A stretch of 64,000 nucleotides of DNA, from contig JBAZUH010000001.1 of assembly GCA_041661545.1 (NCBI GenBank), forward strand, positions 339,877 through 403,876. Reading direction: 5' to 3'. This document shows, in pieces, positions 54,862-63,405 of the stretch. A model generated the notes under the pieces. The model was not told the origin of the DNA. It saw only the letters and a list, made by a program, of their open reading frames with translations, and did no database searches. Position 1 is the first letter of the stretch, and each line of letters opens with the position of its first letter. The stretch is from Candidatus Staskawiczbacteria bacterium (GTDB lineage Bacteria > Patescibacteriota > Minisyncoccia > Minisyncoccales > Staskawiczbacteraceae). Made by a program: the position numbers and the translations under genes.

Positions 54862-54896
54862 GAGCGCGTAATATAACTTCATTAAACGCGCGAAAC
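54862..54896 (+). promoter_or_regulatory. GAGCG-hairpin-CGAAAC motif, copy 3
   Basis: tttttttGAGCGCG-taatataacttcattaaa-CGCGCGAAAC. Confidence 0.55.
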
Positions 54897-54948
54897 CTCG
54901 CCGAAGCGGGATGCCCTTTGGACCGCGAAGGCGGGTGCATGTAGTGAT

Positions 54949-54977
54949 TTGACATTTTGGGAATTTTAGGATATAAT
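54949..54977 (+). promoter_or_regulatory. Perfect consensus promoter upstream of the DEAD-box helicase gene
   Basis: TTGACA at 54949-54954, a 17-nt spacer, and TATAAT at 54972-54977. Confidence 0.65.
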
Positions 54978-55150
54978 AAATATACTCTGAGTTGTGAAAT
55001 GGATTAAAAACGATTTATTTAGTTTTTGAGCGAAACGAAGCAAAAATTTTGAGGCATACACGTCGTGTTCTGTCGATAAATTTTTGCAAAGTCGCAGCCG
55101 AAAACGAAACGTAAAGAGTTAAATCTATTTCATAATTCAGAGTATTCAAA

Positions 55151-56410
55151 ATGATAAACGAAAAAATACAAACTCCCCTATCTAACACAGCCGAAATTAC
55201 TTTTGGTGGTCTTGGTATAGCTCCAAAAATTTTAGATACTATTATAAGGTTGGGCTTTAAAACTCCAACCTCTATTCAGCACAAAGCAATTCCAGTTGCG
55301 GTTGAAGGAAAAGATATAATTGGGATAGCTCAAACCGGCACAGGAAAAACTTTGGCTTTTGGAATTCCGCTAATTCAACAAATTCTAAAAAATAACGGCA
55401 AAGGATTAATTATTTTGCCCACTCGTGAGCTAGCTATACAAGTTAACGAAACTATACAAAAAATAGGAAGAGATTTTGGCATAAAAACTGTTGTATTAAT
55501 TGGAGGAACCCATATTAGACCACAAATGAGAGAGCTTTCTTTTAACCCTCATATTGTAATTGGAACTCCAGGAAGAATTAATGACCATATTCAGCAAAGA
55601 ACTTTGCGATTAGATAGAGTTTCGGTTTTAGTTTTGGATGAGGCCGATAGAATGTTTGATATGGGATTTGCTCCTCAAATATCAAAAATATTGCAGTCTG
55701 TGCCAAAAGAAAGGCAAACAATGTTATTTTCTGCAACTATGCCAGATCAAATAGTAAAAATTGCCACTTTTCATATGAAACTACCTGTTAGAGTAGAAAT
55801 AGCAAGAGCAGGAACTACTGCAGAAAACATAGAACATGAATTGTTTGTTGTTAGAAAAGAACAAAAATTTGCATTATTAAAAAAATTATTAGAAGAATAT
55901 AAAGGAAGTGTTTTAGTGTTTTTAAGGGTTAAACATAATGCAAGAAAAATTTGCGACCATTTGCGTGTAGCCAGAATAACTGCAGCTGAAATACACTCAA
56001 ACAGATCTTTAAATCAAAGAAAAGAGGCTTTAGAGGGTTTTAAAACCGGTAGATTTAGAGTTTTAGTGGCAACAGACATTGCTTCAAGAGGCATAGATGT
56101 AAAAAATATAGAATTAGTAATTAACTATGATTTGCCAGAAAATGCAGAAGATTATGTGCATAGAATTGGCAGAACCGGCAGGGCAGGCATGTCGGGAAAA
56201 GCAATATCATTTGCAACGCCAGATCAAGGTTCTGTTGTTAGAGAAATTGAAATGTTAACTAGAATTAATTTACCAATTTCAAAATTGCCCGATGATTTAC
56301 CAGTTGTTGCAAGTCAACCTTCAACTACTTTTAATAAACCTGGTCGCTCACAACAAAGAAATAGACCATCGGGTAGATTTAACCATGGCAAACGAAGATA
56401 TCAAAGATAA
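55151..56410 (+). CDS. DEAD-box ATP-dependent RNA helicase
   Basis: Q-motif region, AQTGTGKT, VLDEAD, SAT, and HRIGRTGRAG. Confidence 0.9.
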   Translation: MINEKIQTPLSNTAEITFGGLGIAPKILDTIIRLGFKTPTSIQHKAIPVAVEGKDIIGIAQTGTGKTLAFGIPLIQQILKNNGKGLIILPTRELAIQVNETIQKIGRDFGIKTVVLIGGTHIRPQMRELSFNPHIVIGTPGRINDHIQQRTLRLDRVSVLVLDEADRMFDMGFAPQISKILQSVPKERQTMLFSATMPDQIVKIATFHMKLPVRVEIARAGTTAENIEHELFVVRKEQKFALLKKLLEEYKGSVLVFLRVKHNARKICDHLRVARITAAEIHSNRSLNQRKEALEGFKTGRFRVLVATDIASRGIDVKNIELVINYDLPENAEDYVHRIGRTGRAGMSGKAISFATPDQGSVVREIEMLTRINLPISKLPDDLPVVASQPSTTFNKPGRSQQRNRPSGRFNHGKRRYQR

Positions 56411-57644
56411 ATATGATGTTGCTATTATTGGTGCAGGACCAGCTGGCATAATGGCAGCTGGCAAAGCATCTAGCCTTGGCTTAAAAGTAATTTTAATAGA
56501 AAAAAATTCTAGCCTTGGCAAAAAATTACTTTTAACCGGAAATAGCAGGTGCAACTTAACAAACGCTGAATTTAATTTAAAAAATTTAATTTCAAATTAT
56601 AACAAAGGCGCGGAATTTTTATTCCACGTTTTTTCTGTTTTTGGACCAAAAGAAACAATAGAATTTTTTAGTAATTTAGGTTTAAAAACTAAAATTGAAA
56701 AATCTAATAGAGTTTTTCCTACAAGTGATAGCTCTAAAGAAGTTTTAGAAACCCTTAAAAAATATCTTGAAAATAATAAAGTAAACATTTTATACAATTC
56801 TGAAATAAAAAAAATTGTTAAAAACGGCAAAAGTATTGAAAAAATAATCTTACAAGATAAAGAGATTAGGGCTAAAAAATATATTTTAACAACTGGAGGC
56901 AAGTCATACCCATTAACTGGTTCTAATGGAGCGGGCTATGAACTAGCAAAAAAATTAGGACACACTATTGTGCCACTATCACCCGCATTAGCTCCAATAA
57001 AATTAAAAAATAGTTGGATAAAAAATTTACAAGGCATAAGTTTAAAAAATGTTGCAATAAATATTTTATCAAACAATAAAAAATATTCTGGTGGGCAGGG
57101 AGAAATTATGTTTACTCATTCTGGAATAAGCGGGCCTGCTATTATGAATATAAGCGATAAAGTTGGAGAACTGCTTGAAAAAAGCGAAACTAAAATATGT
57201 TTAGATTTTTTTCCGCTTTTAAGCCAGCAAGAAGTTTTAAATAATTTTGAAGAATTATTAAAAAAATATCCTAAAAAAACAATCAAAAATATATTAGCAG
57301 AACTTTTACCAGAAAAATTTTCCGAAATTATGCTTTATATTTTAGGCATAGACAGAGAAAAAATAGCCAATAATATGTCTAAAATAGAAAAACAAAAAAT
57401 AACAAAAGTTTTAAAAGGCTTTGAAGTTGAGGTAGAAAATGTTGCCGGCTTTGAGCAAGCTATAGTTACAAAAGGAGGAATTTCTTTAAAAGAAATAGAC
57501 CATAAAACAATGAAGTCTAAAATAATTGATAATTTATTTTTTGCCGGAGAAATTATTGATATTAATGGAAAAACTGGCGGGTTTAATTTGCAGGCTTGTT
57601 GGAGCACGGGATATATAGCAGGGCAAAGTTGTTTAAAAAATTAA
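56385..57644 (+). CDS. HI0933/YhiN-like FAD-dependent oxidoreductase
   Basis: Likely start is MANEDIKDKYDVAIIGAGPAGIMAAG (ATG 56385). Also LLLTGNSRCNLTN. The track ORF start at 56292 overlaps the helicase. Confidence 0.75.
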   Translation: MANEDIKDKYDVAIIGAGPAGIMAAGKASSLGLKVILIEKNSSLGKKLLLTGNSRCNLTNAEFNLKNLISNYNKGAEFLFHVFSVFGPKETIEFFSNLGLKTKIEKSNRVFPTSDSSKEVLETLKKYLENNKVNILYNSEIKKIVKNGKSIEKIILQDKEIRAKKYILTTGGKSYPLTGSNGAGYELAKKLGHTIVPLSPALAPIKLKNSWIKNLQGISLKNVAINILSNNKKYSGGQGEIMFTHSGISGPAIMNISDKVGELLEKSETKICLDFFPLLSQQEVLNNFEELLKKYPKKTIKNILAELLPEKFSEIMLYILGIDREKIANNMSKIEKQKITKVLKGFEVEVENVAGFEQAIVTKGGISLKEIDHKTMKSKIIDNLFFAGEIIDINGKTGGFNLQACWSTGYIAGQSCLKN

Positions 57645-57705
57645 AATTGTATATTTTTTAATAAAATAGTAAAATTAAAAAATATATTTCACTAAAAATA
57701 AAAAC

Positions 57706-59082
57706 ATGTTTGATTTTGAAAAAATAATTAAAGCAATTGCCGAGGCCCCATCAAGAGTTTTAGACAAAACTGTAGACGTTATTATAAAAGATGAAAAAGC
57801 TCTTATTAAAGCCAAGCCATTCAGAAAAGCTGAAGAATATATAGATGTTTTGGGGCCTGGCCTTGTAACTGGTGCAGCCGACGACGACCCATCTGGTATT
57901 GCTACATACTCTCAAGCAGGAGCTCAATATGGATTTCAATTAATCTGGTTATCTTTATTTACATTTCCATTTATGGCAATGGTTCAAGAAATGTGCGCCA
58001 GAATTGGAATAGTAACCGGCCGAGGATTGGCCGGCAATATTAGACATAATTATTCTAGAAAAATACTTTTATTTATTGTTTTAATTCTTTTTTTAGCTAA
58101 TACTCTAAACATTGCTGCTAACTTAGGAGCTATGGCAGCAGCAACAAAACTTTTAATACCAGAAATTAATTTTATATGGTGTATTACTGTTTTTGCTTTA
58201 ATTATTTTATTTTTACAAATTTTTACAACTTATGCCCAATATTCAAAAATATTAAAATATTTAACCTTAGGACTTTTTGCATATGTGTTTACTGCATTTT
58301 CAGTTAATTTAGACTGGCGGGAAGTGTTTAGTCATATGATTGTTCCTTCAATAACTTTTAGCAAAGAACAAATTTTCTTATTATGTGCTATTTTGGGTAC
58401 AACTATTTCACCATATCTTTTTTTCTGGCAAACTTCTCAAGAGGTTGAAGAACAAATTCTTAAAGGAGAACTTACTATTAAACTACGCGAAGAAAATGTT
58501 ACGCCTAGAGAAATTCACGATATGAGAAAAGATACGTGGTCAGGAATGTTTTTTTCTAATGCTATAATGTTTTTTATTATTGCTGCTTGCGCGGGAACTC
58601 TTTATGCCAACGGAATTACAAATATTGAAACTGCCAGCCAAGCCGCCGAAGCAATTAAACCTTTTGCCGGCGAACTTACTTATTTCTTTTTTGCTTTAGG
58701 AATTGTAGGAACAGGTCTTCTTGCTATTCCAACAATGGCCGGGTCTGTTGCCTATGCTACAGCAGAAAGTTTTGGGTGGAAACAAGGATTATATCATAAA
58801 CTTAAAGATGCCAGGGCTTTTTATGGAATTATAATTATATCAATGCTGGTGGCTACTATTGCAAACTATTTTCATATAGATCCTATTAAAGGTCTTATTT
58901 ATTCTGCTGTTGCAAATGGATTAGTTGCGCCCGTTGTGCTTTTCTTTATTGTTCGCATAAGCTCTAATAAACAGATAATGGGAGAAAAGAAAAATCACCC
59001 ATTTATTACTGCTTGCGGATGGTTAACTACAATTGTTATGGCAATAGTGGGCTTTGCAACAATTTCAATAATATTTTTTTAG
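57706..59082 (+). CDS. NRAMP-related divalent metal cation transporter
   Basis: GPGLVTGAADDDPSGIATYSQAGAQYGF, with about 11 TM helices. Confidence 0.8.
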   Translation: MFDFEKIIKAIAEAPSRVLDKTVDVIIKDEKALIKAKPFRKAEEYIDVLGPGLVTGAADDDPSGIATYSQAGAQYGFQLIWLSLFTFPFMAMVQEMCARIGIVTGRGLAGNIRHNYSRKILLFIVLILFLANTLNIAANLGAMAAATKLLIPEINFIWCITVFALIILFLQIFTTYAQYSKILKYLTLGLFAYVFTAFSVNLDWREVFSHMIVPSITFSKEQIFLLCAILGTTISPYLFFWQTSQEVEEQILKGELTIKLREENVTPREIHDMRKDTWSGMFFSNAIMFFIIAACAGTLYANGITNIETASQAAEAIKPFAGELTYFFFALGIVGTGLLAIPTMAGSVAYATAESFGWKQGLYHKLKDARAFYGIIIISMLVATIANYFHIDPIKGLIYSAVANGLVAPVVLFFIVRISSNKQIMGEKKNHPFITACGWLTTIVMAIVGFATISIIFF

Positions 59083-59260
59083 AAAAATATAGTAAAGTAA
59101 AATTTAAACATTACCACTTGTATATTTTGATATAGGTGCTATAATGTAATAGTAAGTTTCTTATTGTTTTCGTAAGGTTAGTAAGCCTGAAGAAAGATAA
59201 GAGGATAGGTTCACTCGAACCTGTGGTCGGCTTACTAATATTAAAATAACATATAAGAAA

Positions 59261-59584
59261 ATGGCAAAGAAATTATACGTAGGCGGATTGTCATACGGCA
59301 CATCCGAAGCTACATTAAGGTCAACATTCGAACAAGCAGGAACAGTTGAATCTGCAACAATCATCATAGATAAGATGACAAACAGATCAAAAGGTTTTGG
59401 CTTTGTAGAAATGTCTACAGACGAAGAAGCTCAAAAAGCTATTGAATTGTTTAACGGAAAAGAATTAGAAGGAAGAAATCTTACCGTAAACGAAGCCAAA
59501 CCAATGGAACCAAGAGCTCCAAGAACCGGAGGAGGATTCGGTGGAGGAAGCAGAGGTGGATTTGGTGGCGGAAACAGATACTAA
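59261..59584 (+). CDS. RRM-type RNA-binding protein with a Gly/Arg-rich tail
   Basis: RNP2 LYVGGL, RNP1 KGFGFVEM, and a GGFGGGSRGGFGGGNRY tail. Confidence 0.9.
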   Translation: MAKKLYVGGLSYGTSEATLRSTFEQAGTVESATIIIDKMTNRSKGFGFVEMSTDEEAQKAIELFNGKELEGRNLTVNEAKPMEPRAPRTGGGFGGGSRGGFGGGNRY

Positions 59585-59640
59585 TCCTGCGAAGCTTAGG
59601 ATAATCCTGAGCTAGTCGAAGGATATTCAGTTATCATTAG

Positions 59641-59671
59641 AAAAACTACCCCGTAAAAAGGGTAGTTTTTT
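59641..59671 (+). terminator. Intrinsic terminator after the RRM gene
   Basis: aaaaactaccccgtaaaaagggtagtttttt. Confidence 0.75.
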
Positions 59672-59775
59672 GTTACACAACAAGCTTGACATTATAATTA
59701 AATTATGATAAAAGCAATTTAGCAAAGCGAGTAGCACTTACTCGCCCTTTACAATCAAACCAACCACCTACCAAT

Positions 59776-59994
59776 ATGTTCTACACCCCTCTTTATCGTT
59801 GTAACCAGTGCGGTTCAATTCAGTTGCGCACTCCCATAGAAGCGGAAAATGTTGTGCAGCTTGAGGAGAAATTGCCATCAATTCCGCGAATCATCATCCA
59901 TCGCTGTACATGGATTGGTTGCACTACTAAACCCTCAGGAACTTTGGGAGTTTGCGAACTCATTGCATTCCAACCCGAAGACCTCAAAGACTAA
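59776..59994 (+). CDS. Island G protein G1 (72 aa, Cys-containing, possible zinc ribbon)
   Basis: CNQCGS...HRCTWIGC. TTGACA lies at 59686-59691 upstream, and the leader is CA-rich (aaccaaccacctaccaatATG). Confidence 0.5.
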   Translation: MFYTPLYRCNQCGSIQLRTPIEAENVVQLEEKLPSIPRIIIHRCTWIGCTTKPSGTLGVCELIAFQPEDLKD

Positions 59995-60020
59995 CTACCA
60001 ACCCCGTCAAACCAACCGAA

Positions 60021-60296
60021 ATGAAAATAATTATTCTTTCGCTGATATTGAATTCTGTCAGCGCAGTTTTCGCGCTGACCCATGGCTACATTGCCTGGGC
60101 AGTGTGGTTTGAATTATTCACCATTTTATCGGCGGTGGTTCTGATAAACGCAATCTTTGCGCGTTATTCTAAGAAAGCTCGACCCCGCATTACGTACCTA
60201 AAATCATGTGCTTTGGCTCTGTATTCGTTCTTGGGATCTCTGAGCCTAATTGCCTTCTGGGCCATGATCGCATGGCGAGCATGGCACGCGATGTAG
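60021..60296 (+). CDS. Island G membrane protein G2 (91 aa, three TM helices)
   Basis: MKIIILSLILNSVSAVFALTHGYIAWAVWFELFTILSAVVLINAIF... This is an internal ATG of the track ORF 59952..60296, preceded by caaaccaaccgaa. Confidence 0.5.
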   Translation: MKIIILSLILNSVSAVFALTHGYIAWAVWFELFTILSAVVLINAIFARYSKKARPRITYLKSCALALYSFLGSLSLIAFWAMIAWRAWHAM

Positions 60297-60315
60297 AACC
60301 AAACCAACTAAACCG

Positions 60316-60450
60316 ATGAACTTCAAATTCTGGGTCATCATTGGCGTCTGTGCGATTATTGCATGGACATGCGTCGCGTGGTACAGCAACCAAGACCCCC
60401 GGCGCAAGCAACTCAATCCTCCGGAAACCGAAAACACGACCACGCCATGA
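60316..60450 (+). CDS. Island G micro-membrane protein G3 (44 aa)
   Basis: MNFKFWVIIGVCAIIAWTCVAWYSNQDPRRKQLNPPETENTTTP. Its stop overlaps the G4 start (ATGA). Below the track cutoff. Confidence 0.4.
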   Translation: MNFKFWVIIGVCAIIAWTCVAWYSNQDPRRKQLNPPETENTTTP

Positions 60451-60944
60451 GACCAACGAAAACCATGCATTGCAATACATGCGGAGAAACATTTCAAATA
60501 AGGGAGGGCGAAAGTTGCATGTGTCCCTTCTGCCTTGGAGTCAGAAGGCAAAAAACGTTCATAACTGAACCGACCAAAACCTTGGAAACCACGATTAAAA
60601 TTCTGTTTGTCATTTTTGCTATTGTTGCTGCCATTGCTACTGGCGTCGTCGAAGGTTCCAGAGAAAGATCGTCAACGGCATACCAGTTTAAATGGGTGAA
60701 TGATGATAAAGGATGGGAAATCTCCGACCCTGACAGTCTTCCCCAGTCAATCACCAGTCCTTATGGATTCCTCCATGGGTGGGTAACTTATGGAAGATCG
60801 CACACCCTAGTAATCCCGCACTCATGGTTCGGCGACAAGGAGGTCCGCGTCCATTTCTGGGACAACACTCCCAAACAAGTGCAAGCGGAAATCGTGGACG
60901 AAATACCTGAATGGTTGGAAACCGAAACCACGACCACGCCATGA
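60447..60944 (+). CDS. Island G protein G4 (165 aa: zinc ribbon + TM + extracytoplasmic domain)
   Basis: CNTCGETF...CPFC, then the TM segment ILFVIFAIVAAIATGVV. Ends ETETTTTP on the same 28-nt junction sequence as G3. Confidence 0.5.
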   Translation: MRPTKTMHCNTCGETFQIREGESCMCPFCLGVRRQKTFITEPTKTLETTIKILFVIFAIVAAIATGVVEGSRERSSTAYQFKWVNDDKGWEISDPDSLPQSITSPYGFLHGWVTYGRSHTLVIPHSWFGDKEVRVHFWDNTPKQVQAEIVDEIPEWLETETTTTP

Positions 60945-61120
60945 AAAAGCTACCAGATACCGACAAAACGTTAGCCAAATTCTTCCTAGGATTATCCGAC
61001 GAACAAATCGGGCAATTCGTGCGCAGAATTCTTACCGGGAAAAAGCCGAAGGCCGAAAAAATACGGCCACGCAAAAAAGGCTCGAGAAAACCCAAAACCA
61101 AAAGAGGCAAACCCCTCTAA
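60941..61120 (+). CDS. Island G basic protein G5 (59 aa)
   Basis: MKKLPDTDKTLAKFFLGLSDEQIGQFVRRILTGKKPKAEKIRPRKKGSRKPKTKRGKPL. ATGA-coupled to G4. Confidence 0.45.
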   Translation: MKKLPDTDKTLAKFFLGLSDEQIGQFVRRILTGKKPKAEKIRPRKKGSRKPKTKRGKPL

Positions 61121-61171
61121 CATGCCAAAGTTAATTCTGCGGCTCTTTTTTTGCATAAGCATCCGCAAAAA

Positions 61172-61207
61172 TAGTAGCGTTTTTGACGGCCGTCAAAAAC
61201 GCGACTA
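61172..61207. terminator. Palindromic bidirectional terminator, copy 2
   Basis: tagtaGCGTTTTTGACGGCCGTCAAAAACGCgacta. The core is identical to 53216-53247. Confidence 0.7.
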
Positions 61208-61243
61208 TTTTTGAGGGATGCATAAATGTTTCCTTAATACTCT

Positions 61244-61272
61244 TTGACATTACGCAAATTTTAGCGTATAAT
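61244..61272 (+). promoter_or_regulatory. Perfect consensus promoter of typA
   Basis: TTGACA at 61244-61249, a 17-nt spacer, and TATAAT at 61267-61272. Confidence 0.65.
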
Positions 61273-61303
61273 TATTGTTATTATATACGACTATACATAA
61301 TAA

Positions 61304-63133
61304 ATGGAAAACATAAGAAACATTGCTATTATTGCTCACGTTGACCATGGAAAAACCACACTAGTGGACGCGCTTTTGCGTCAAAGTAAAACTGAAATGA
61401 AAAAAGAAGTGGCTGCTCAAGAAATGATAATGGACAGCAACGAGCTAGAAAGAGAAAGAGGAATTACAATTTTCTCTAAAAATGCTTCTGTGCAATACAA
61501 TGGAGTAAAAATAAATATTATTGACACTCCCGGTCACGCGGATTTTGGCGGTGAAGTTGAAAGAGTTTTAAATATGGCCGATGGATGCTTACTTTTAATT
61601 GATGCAAAAGAGGGCCCAATGCCTCAAACAAGATTTGTTTTAAAAAAGGCTTTAGAAATGGGCCATAAAATTATTGTTGTTGTAAATAAAATTGATAAAC
61701 CAGGTGCCAGAGCAGAATTTGCATTAGAGGCAACCTTTGAATTATTTTTAGAATTAGGAGCTGGTGACCACAGTTTAGATTTTCCTGTTTTATATGCTTC
61801 TGGTAGAGATGGAAAAGCAGGCCTTGAAGCTGATTTGTCAAAAATGACAGATATTACTCCTGTTTTTGAAGCAATTGTAGAACACATTCCCTCACCTATT
61901 GCTGACATAAATAAACCATTGCAAATGTTAGTTACTTCTATTGCTCCAGATGACTTTAAAGGTAGAATTGCAATTGGAAGAATTCACAATGGAGTTATGA
62001 AAAATGGACAAGAAATTGTTCATATAAATAGAGAAGGAGTTTCTGTAAAAAGTAAAATAACTTCTTTAATGACTTTTGCAGGATTAGGCAGAATTGAAAC
62101 AGCAGAAACAAAAGCCGGAGATATTGTAGCAATTGCTGGAATTGAAGATGTGACTATTGGAGAAACAATTGCCGACCCAAATAGTCCAGAAGCATTGCCA
62201 GTGATTAACATAGACGAACCAACTGTAAAAATGACTTTTATGGTTAACGACTCCCCTTTTGCCGGAAAAGAAGGCGAATTTTCTACAACAAGACAAATTA
62301 GACAAAGATTATTTAAAGAGTTAGAAACAGATGTTTCTTTAAAAGTTGAAGAAAATGATAAAAACCAATGGATTGTTTGTGGCAGAGGAGAATTACATTT
62401 AGCTATTTTAATTGAAAGAATGAGACGAGAAGGTTTTGAATTTCAAGTTTCAAGACCACAAGTTATTTTACGTGAAATAAATGGAAAAACAATGACTCCC
62501 TATGAAAAAATATTTATTGAAGTGCCCGAGCAATATCAAGGAGTTGTAATGCAAAAAATGGGAGTAAGACGGGGTGAATTAAAAGAAATGAGAAACCACA
62601 ATGGAATTTCTTTTTTAGAATTTATAATTCCAACAAGAGGATTGTTTGGATATAGAAACGAATTTTTAACAGATACAAAAGGTTTGGGAATAATTAATAC
62701 TATATTTTTTGAATATATGCCTGATTTGGGCAACTGGAAAGAAAGAGACAATGGTTCTTTAATTTCTACTGAAACCGGAGAAACAAGATTATATGGTTTA
62801 AAAAATGTTCAAGACAGGGGAGTATTATTTATTGGGCCAGCTGTAACAGTTTATGAAGGCCAAGTTGTAGGACAAAACTCAAGACCAAATGATATAAGAG
62901 TAAATGTTTGTAGAGAAAAACAACTTTCTAATATGAGATCTAAGGGAGAAAAAAATAGAGAGCACTTTAATGTTCCAAAATTAATGAATTTAGAAGATTC
63001 TTTAGAATATATTGGAGATGACGAACTTGTAGAAGTAACACCAAAAAATATTAGAATTAGAAAAATGCACTTAAAAGAAGTTGATGCCAAGCGTGCCGAA
63101 AGATCTGAGGCCGGCGTAAAATTCGACTACTAA
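61304..63133 (+). CDS. typA: Translational GTPase TypA/BipA
   Basis: IAIIAHVDHGKTTLVDALL, DTPGHADFGGEVER, and NKIDK. Length is 609 aa. Confidence 0.95.
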   Translation: MENIRNIAIIAHVDHGKTTLVDALLRQSKTEMKKEVAAQEMIMDSNELERERGITIFSKNASVQYNGVKINIIDTPGHADFGGEVERVLNMADGCLLLIDAKEGPMPQTRFVLKKALEMGHKIIVVVNKIDKPGARAEFALEATFELFLELGAGDHSLDFPVLYASGRDGKAGLEADLSKMTDITPVFEAIVEHIPSPIADINKPLQMLVTSIAPDDFKGRIAIGRIHNGVMKNGQEIVHINREGVSVKSKITSLMTFAGLGRIETAETKAGDIVAIAGIEDVTIGETIADPNSPEALPVINIDEPTVKMTFMVNDSPFAGKEGEFSTTRQIRQRLFKELETDVSLKVEENDKNQWIVCGRGELHLAILIERMRREGFEFQVSRPQVILREINGKTMTPYEKIFIEVPEQYQGVVMQKMGVRRGELKEMRNHNGISFLEFIIPTRGLFGYRNEFLTDTKGLGIINTIFFEYMPDLGNWKERDNGSLISTETGETRLYGLKNVQDRGVLFIGPAVTVYEGQVVGQNSRPNDIRVNVCREKQLSNMRSKGEKNREHFNVPKLMNLEDSLEYIGDDELVEVTPKNIRIRKMHLKEVDAKRAERSEAGVKFDY

Positions 63134-63270
63134 AATAATCGCTCGGCAACAAACTTTTATTTTCGCTCGCCAAATCAAATTTTTGCTCGTCGGGGGAATG
63201 TCCCCAAGGCGATTGCCCCTCCTCCAAAAATTTATTTGGCTCGCTACAATAGTTTATTGCCTCACTTTAA
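63134..63270. repeat. G+C-rich structured repeat, copy E4 (inverted relative to E1-E3; in the typA 3'UTR)
   Basis: Begins aatcgctcggcaacaaac and ends gtttattgcctcac, which are the family arms in reverse orientation. Confidence 0.65.
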
Positions 63271-63299
63271 AAACCACATTTAAATTAGTGTGGTTTTTT
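63269..63299 (+). terminator. Intrinsic terminator after typA and the repeat
   Basis: aaaaaccacatttaaattagtgtggtttttt. Confidence 0.7.
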
Positions 63300-63405
63300 G
63301 CTTGTCCTGAGCGAAGTCGAAGGATTGACAATTTTGCAAAAAGTCATAAGATATAATTACTCAAACAAAATAGCTTTTTGACAACCAACCAACGGAAACA
63401 ACACC

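Noticed and set aside
56292-56384. Upstream part of track ORF 56292..57644.
   Set aside because: It overlaps the 3' end of the DEAD-box gene in another frame. The FAD-binding fingerprint begins right after the ATG at 56385.
60190-61110. Minus-strand ORFs over island G: 60190..60492, 60246..60551, 60494..60754 and 60751..61110.
   Set aside because: They lack promoter or terminator context. The plus-strand set has ATGA coupling, TM/zinc-ribbon features and a promoter, so the minus-strand ORFs are treated as shadow frames. This is uncertain.
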